Assembly: GCA_964016885.1 (NCBI GenBank)
Contig: OZ024747.1
Span: 66,216,001 to 66,280,000 of the forward strand
Length of the DNA stretch: 64,000 bases
Reading direction: 5' to 3'
Origin: Eledone cirrhosa
Lineage: Eukaryota
Part shown: positions 62,525 through 64,000 of the stretch, one piece after another
How the letters are laid out: the number at the start of each line of letters is the position of its first letter
Numbering within the stretch: position 1 is the first letter of the stretch
Notes under the pieces: generated by a model
Database searches by the model: none
What the model saw: only the letters and a program-made list of their open reading frames with translations
Told to the model about the DNA's origin: nothing
Translations under genes and position numbers: made by a program

Positions 62525-63784
62525 CTCTCTCGATCTCTCTCTCGATCTCTCTCTCTCTCTCTCTCGATCTCTCTCTCTTGTTGGGCTTCTGGCTAAATCA
62601 GAAACCATTATCATTATTATTATCGCTTTTAGTCAGGTTAATCGTTAAGTGAAGATCAGAAATACATCATATTCTTTTGGCAATATTTGGCATTCAAAAT
62701 TTCGATTCCTCGTGGCAAATTCAAATCGGGTATATATATACTCTCTTTCTCTCTCTCTAAGTCTTTATGACAGTAAGTAAAACACTTTACCCATTAAGCC
62801 ACGCACCATCACTATATTATACGTTGCATCTTAATTTGAAAAGGACAAGCAGAACGTTATTTAATAAAAGATCTCAATACATTATAAATGTAGAGTAAAT
62901 ATTCCTTTATTTGATTATTTTTAGATTAATATTTTGACAGCAATAGTGTGATTTGTAATTATTGTTTATTATAATTTTGTTGTCATCAAAACTTCCGATC
63001 AACCGATCTGTACACAATACTGTGTCTACTCTATATCGATTATTTTTATCCACCAAATAGAGTGAGTATTGAGTCAGAAGAGGAATATTTAAGTTAATTC
63101 TTAATTCTTAATAGCTATCCATACTTCAGCGAGAAGACTATCAACAATGACAAATATATTGGACATGTCAGAAGAAGTATCGTGTATCTGATTGATGGTT
63201 CATTCATACACGGAACGAATGACTGAAAAACATCGTAATTGGATATTATGCTATTGATGATGGCATAATTAATTATCTTCCATCTGCACCACATAACTTA
63301 TGAAATTGACACACAGATTGATTGGGGGGGGGGGGGGGGGGCTAATTAATTTTTTGAAGAGTAATTTTAATTCTATTTCATATTTTAAATTATTTTATAT
63401 TTAAGATTATTCCACAAAACCTAAAATTATTCTATAAAAAGTCATGCAACGTTATAAATGAATATTCACGCCGTTGGCTCTTTCTGAATATATCAAATTC
63501 TGAAAATAAATTCTCGACTGGACAAACATGCTTGGGAAAAACAGCAGTCTGGTCTGTGTTTGGAGATGCGAGACAATTTTTGACACAAAGTTCCAGTCAC
63601 AATTTGTCTGCATCAATATTGCACAGTCCTAAATTACCTATAGATCAGTATTAGACATTTTTACATATACAAAAGCAGTTTAGTAGATTTTAAGCGAAGG
63701 GAAATTTGCATAATTAAAACTAAAAGGAGCGAAGAAAAATATTTTCAGTTGTCCTAGGAATAGTTGTCCAGCAGTCAGTTGTCA

Positions 63785-63995
63785 GTGTGTTGGTATGGTA
63801 TAAGGTGTGTATGTGTGTGTGTGTGTTGGTTTGGTCTGGTATAGGGGGTGTGTGTGTATGTTGGTTTTGTCTGGTGTAGGAGGTGTGTGTGTATTGGTTT
63901 GGTATGGTATAGGAGATGGGTGTATGTTGGTTTGGTCTGGTATAGGGTGTGTATGTGTTTGTGTTGGTTTTGTCTGGTATAGGCGGTGCATGTGT
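63785..63995. repeat. GT-rich ~30-bp minisatellite
   Basis: Recurrent GTGTATGTTGGTTTGGTCTGGTATAGG. Confidence 0.85.
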
Positions 63996-64000
63996 TGCTC

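Overview
AT-rich eukaryotic DNA dense in (TA)n, (CA)n, (TACA)n and trinucleotide microsatellites. The SINE families and repeat landscape suggest an octopus or other coleoid cephalopod (inference). Almost all short ORFs in the track are microsatellite translations. The only host coding segment I can support is one 124-nt internal exon of a class A peptide GPCR (46559-46682, +), so much of the window is probably intronic. Transposons present: a near full-length Tx1/L1-clade LINE (48470-54267) and two fragments of it; R4/Dong-type RLE LINEs (one with an open 704-aa frame, inserted in (TAA)n); RTE and CRE-like fragments; a DD37D (maT) Tc1/mariner element; a decayed hAT transposase; non-autonomous Helitrons; more than 12 copies of a tRNA-derived SINE; and Penelope-like elements (PLEs) with GIY-YIG endonuclease. 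The main hidden signal is a dense set of about 15 minimal type-I hammerhead ribozyme motifs from at least 8 unrelated sequence families. Several have variant cores (U3-A8, C4, A4). They sit in short inserts beside (TA)n tracts, and several of those inserts are fold-back or head-to-head inverted repeats with the same architecture as the 3.4-kb inverted PLE at 38715-42122. All structures were folded by eye; no searches or computations were run.
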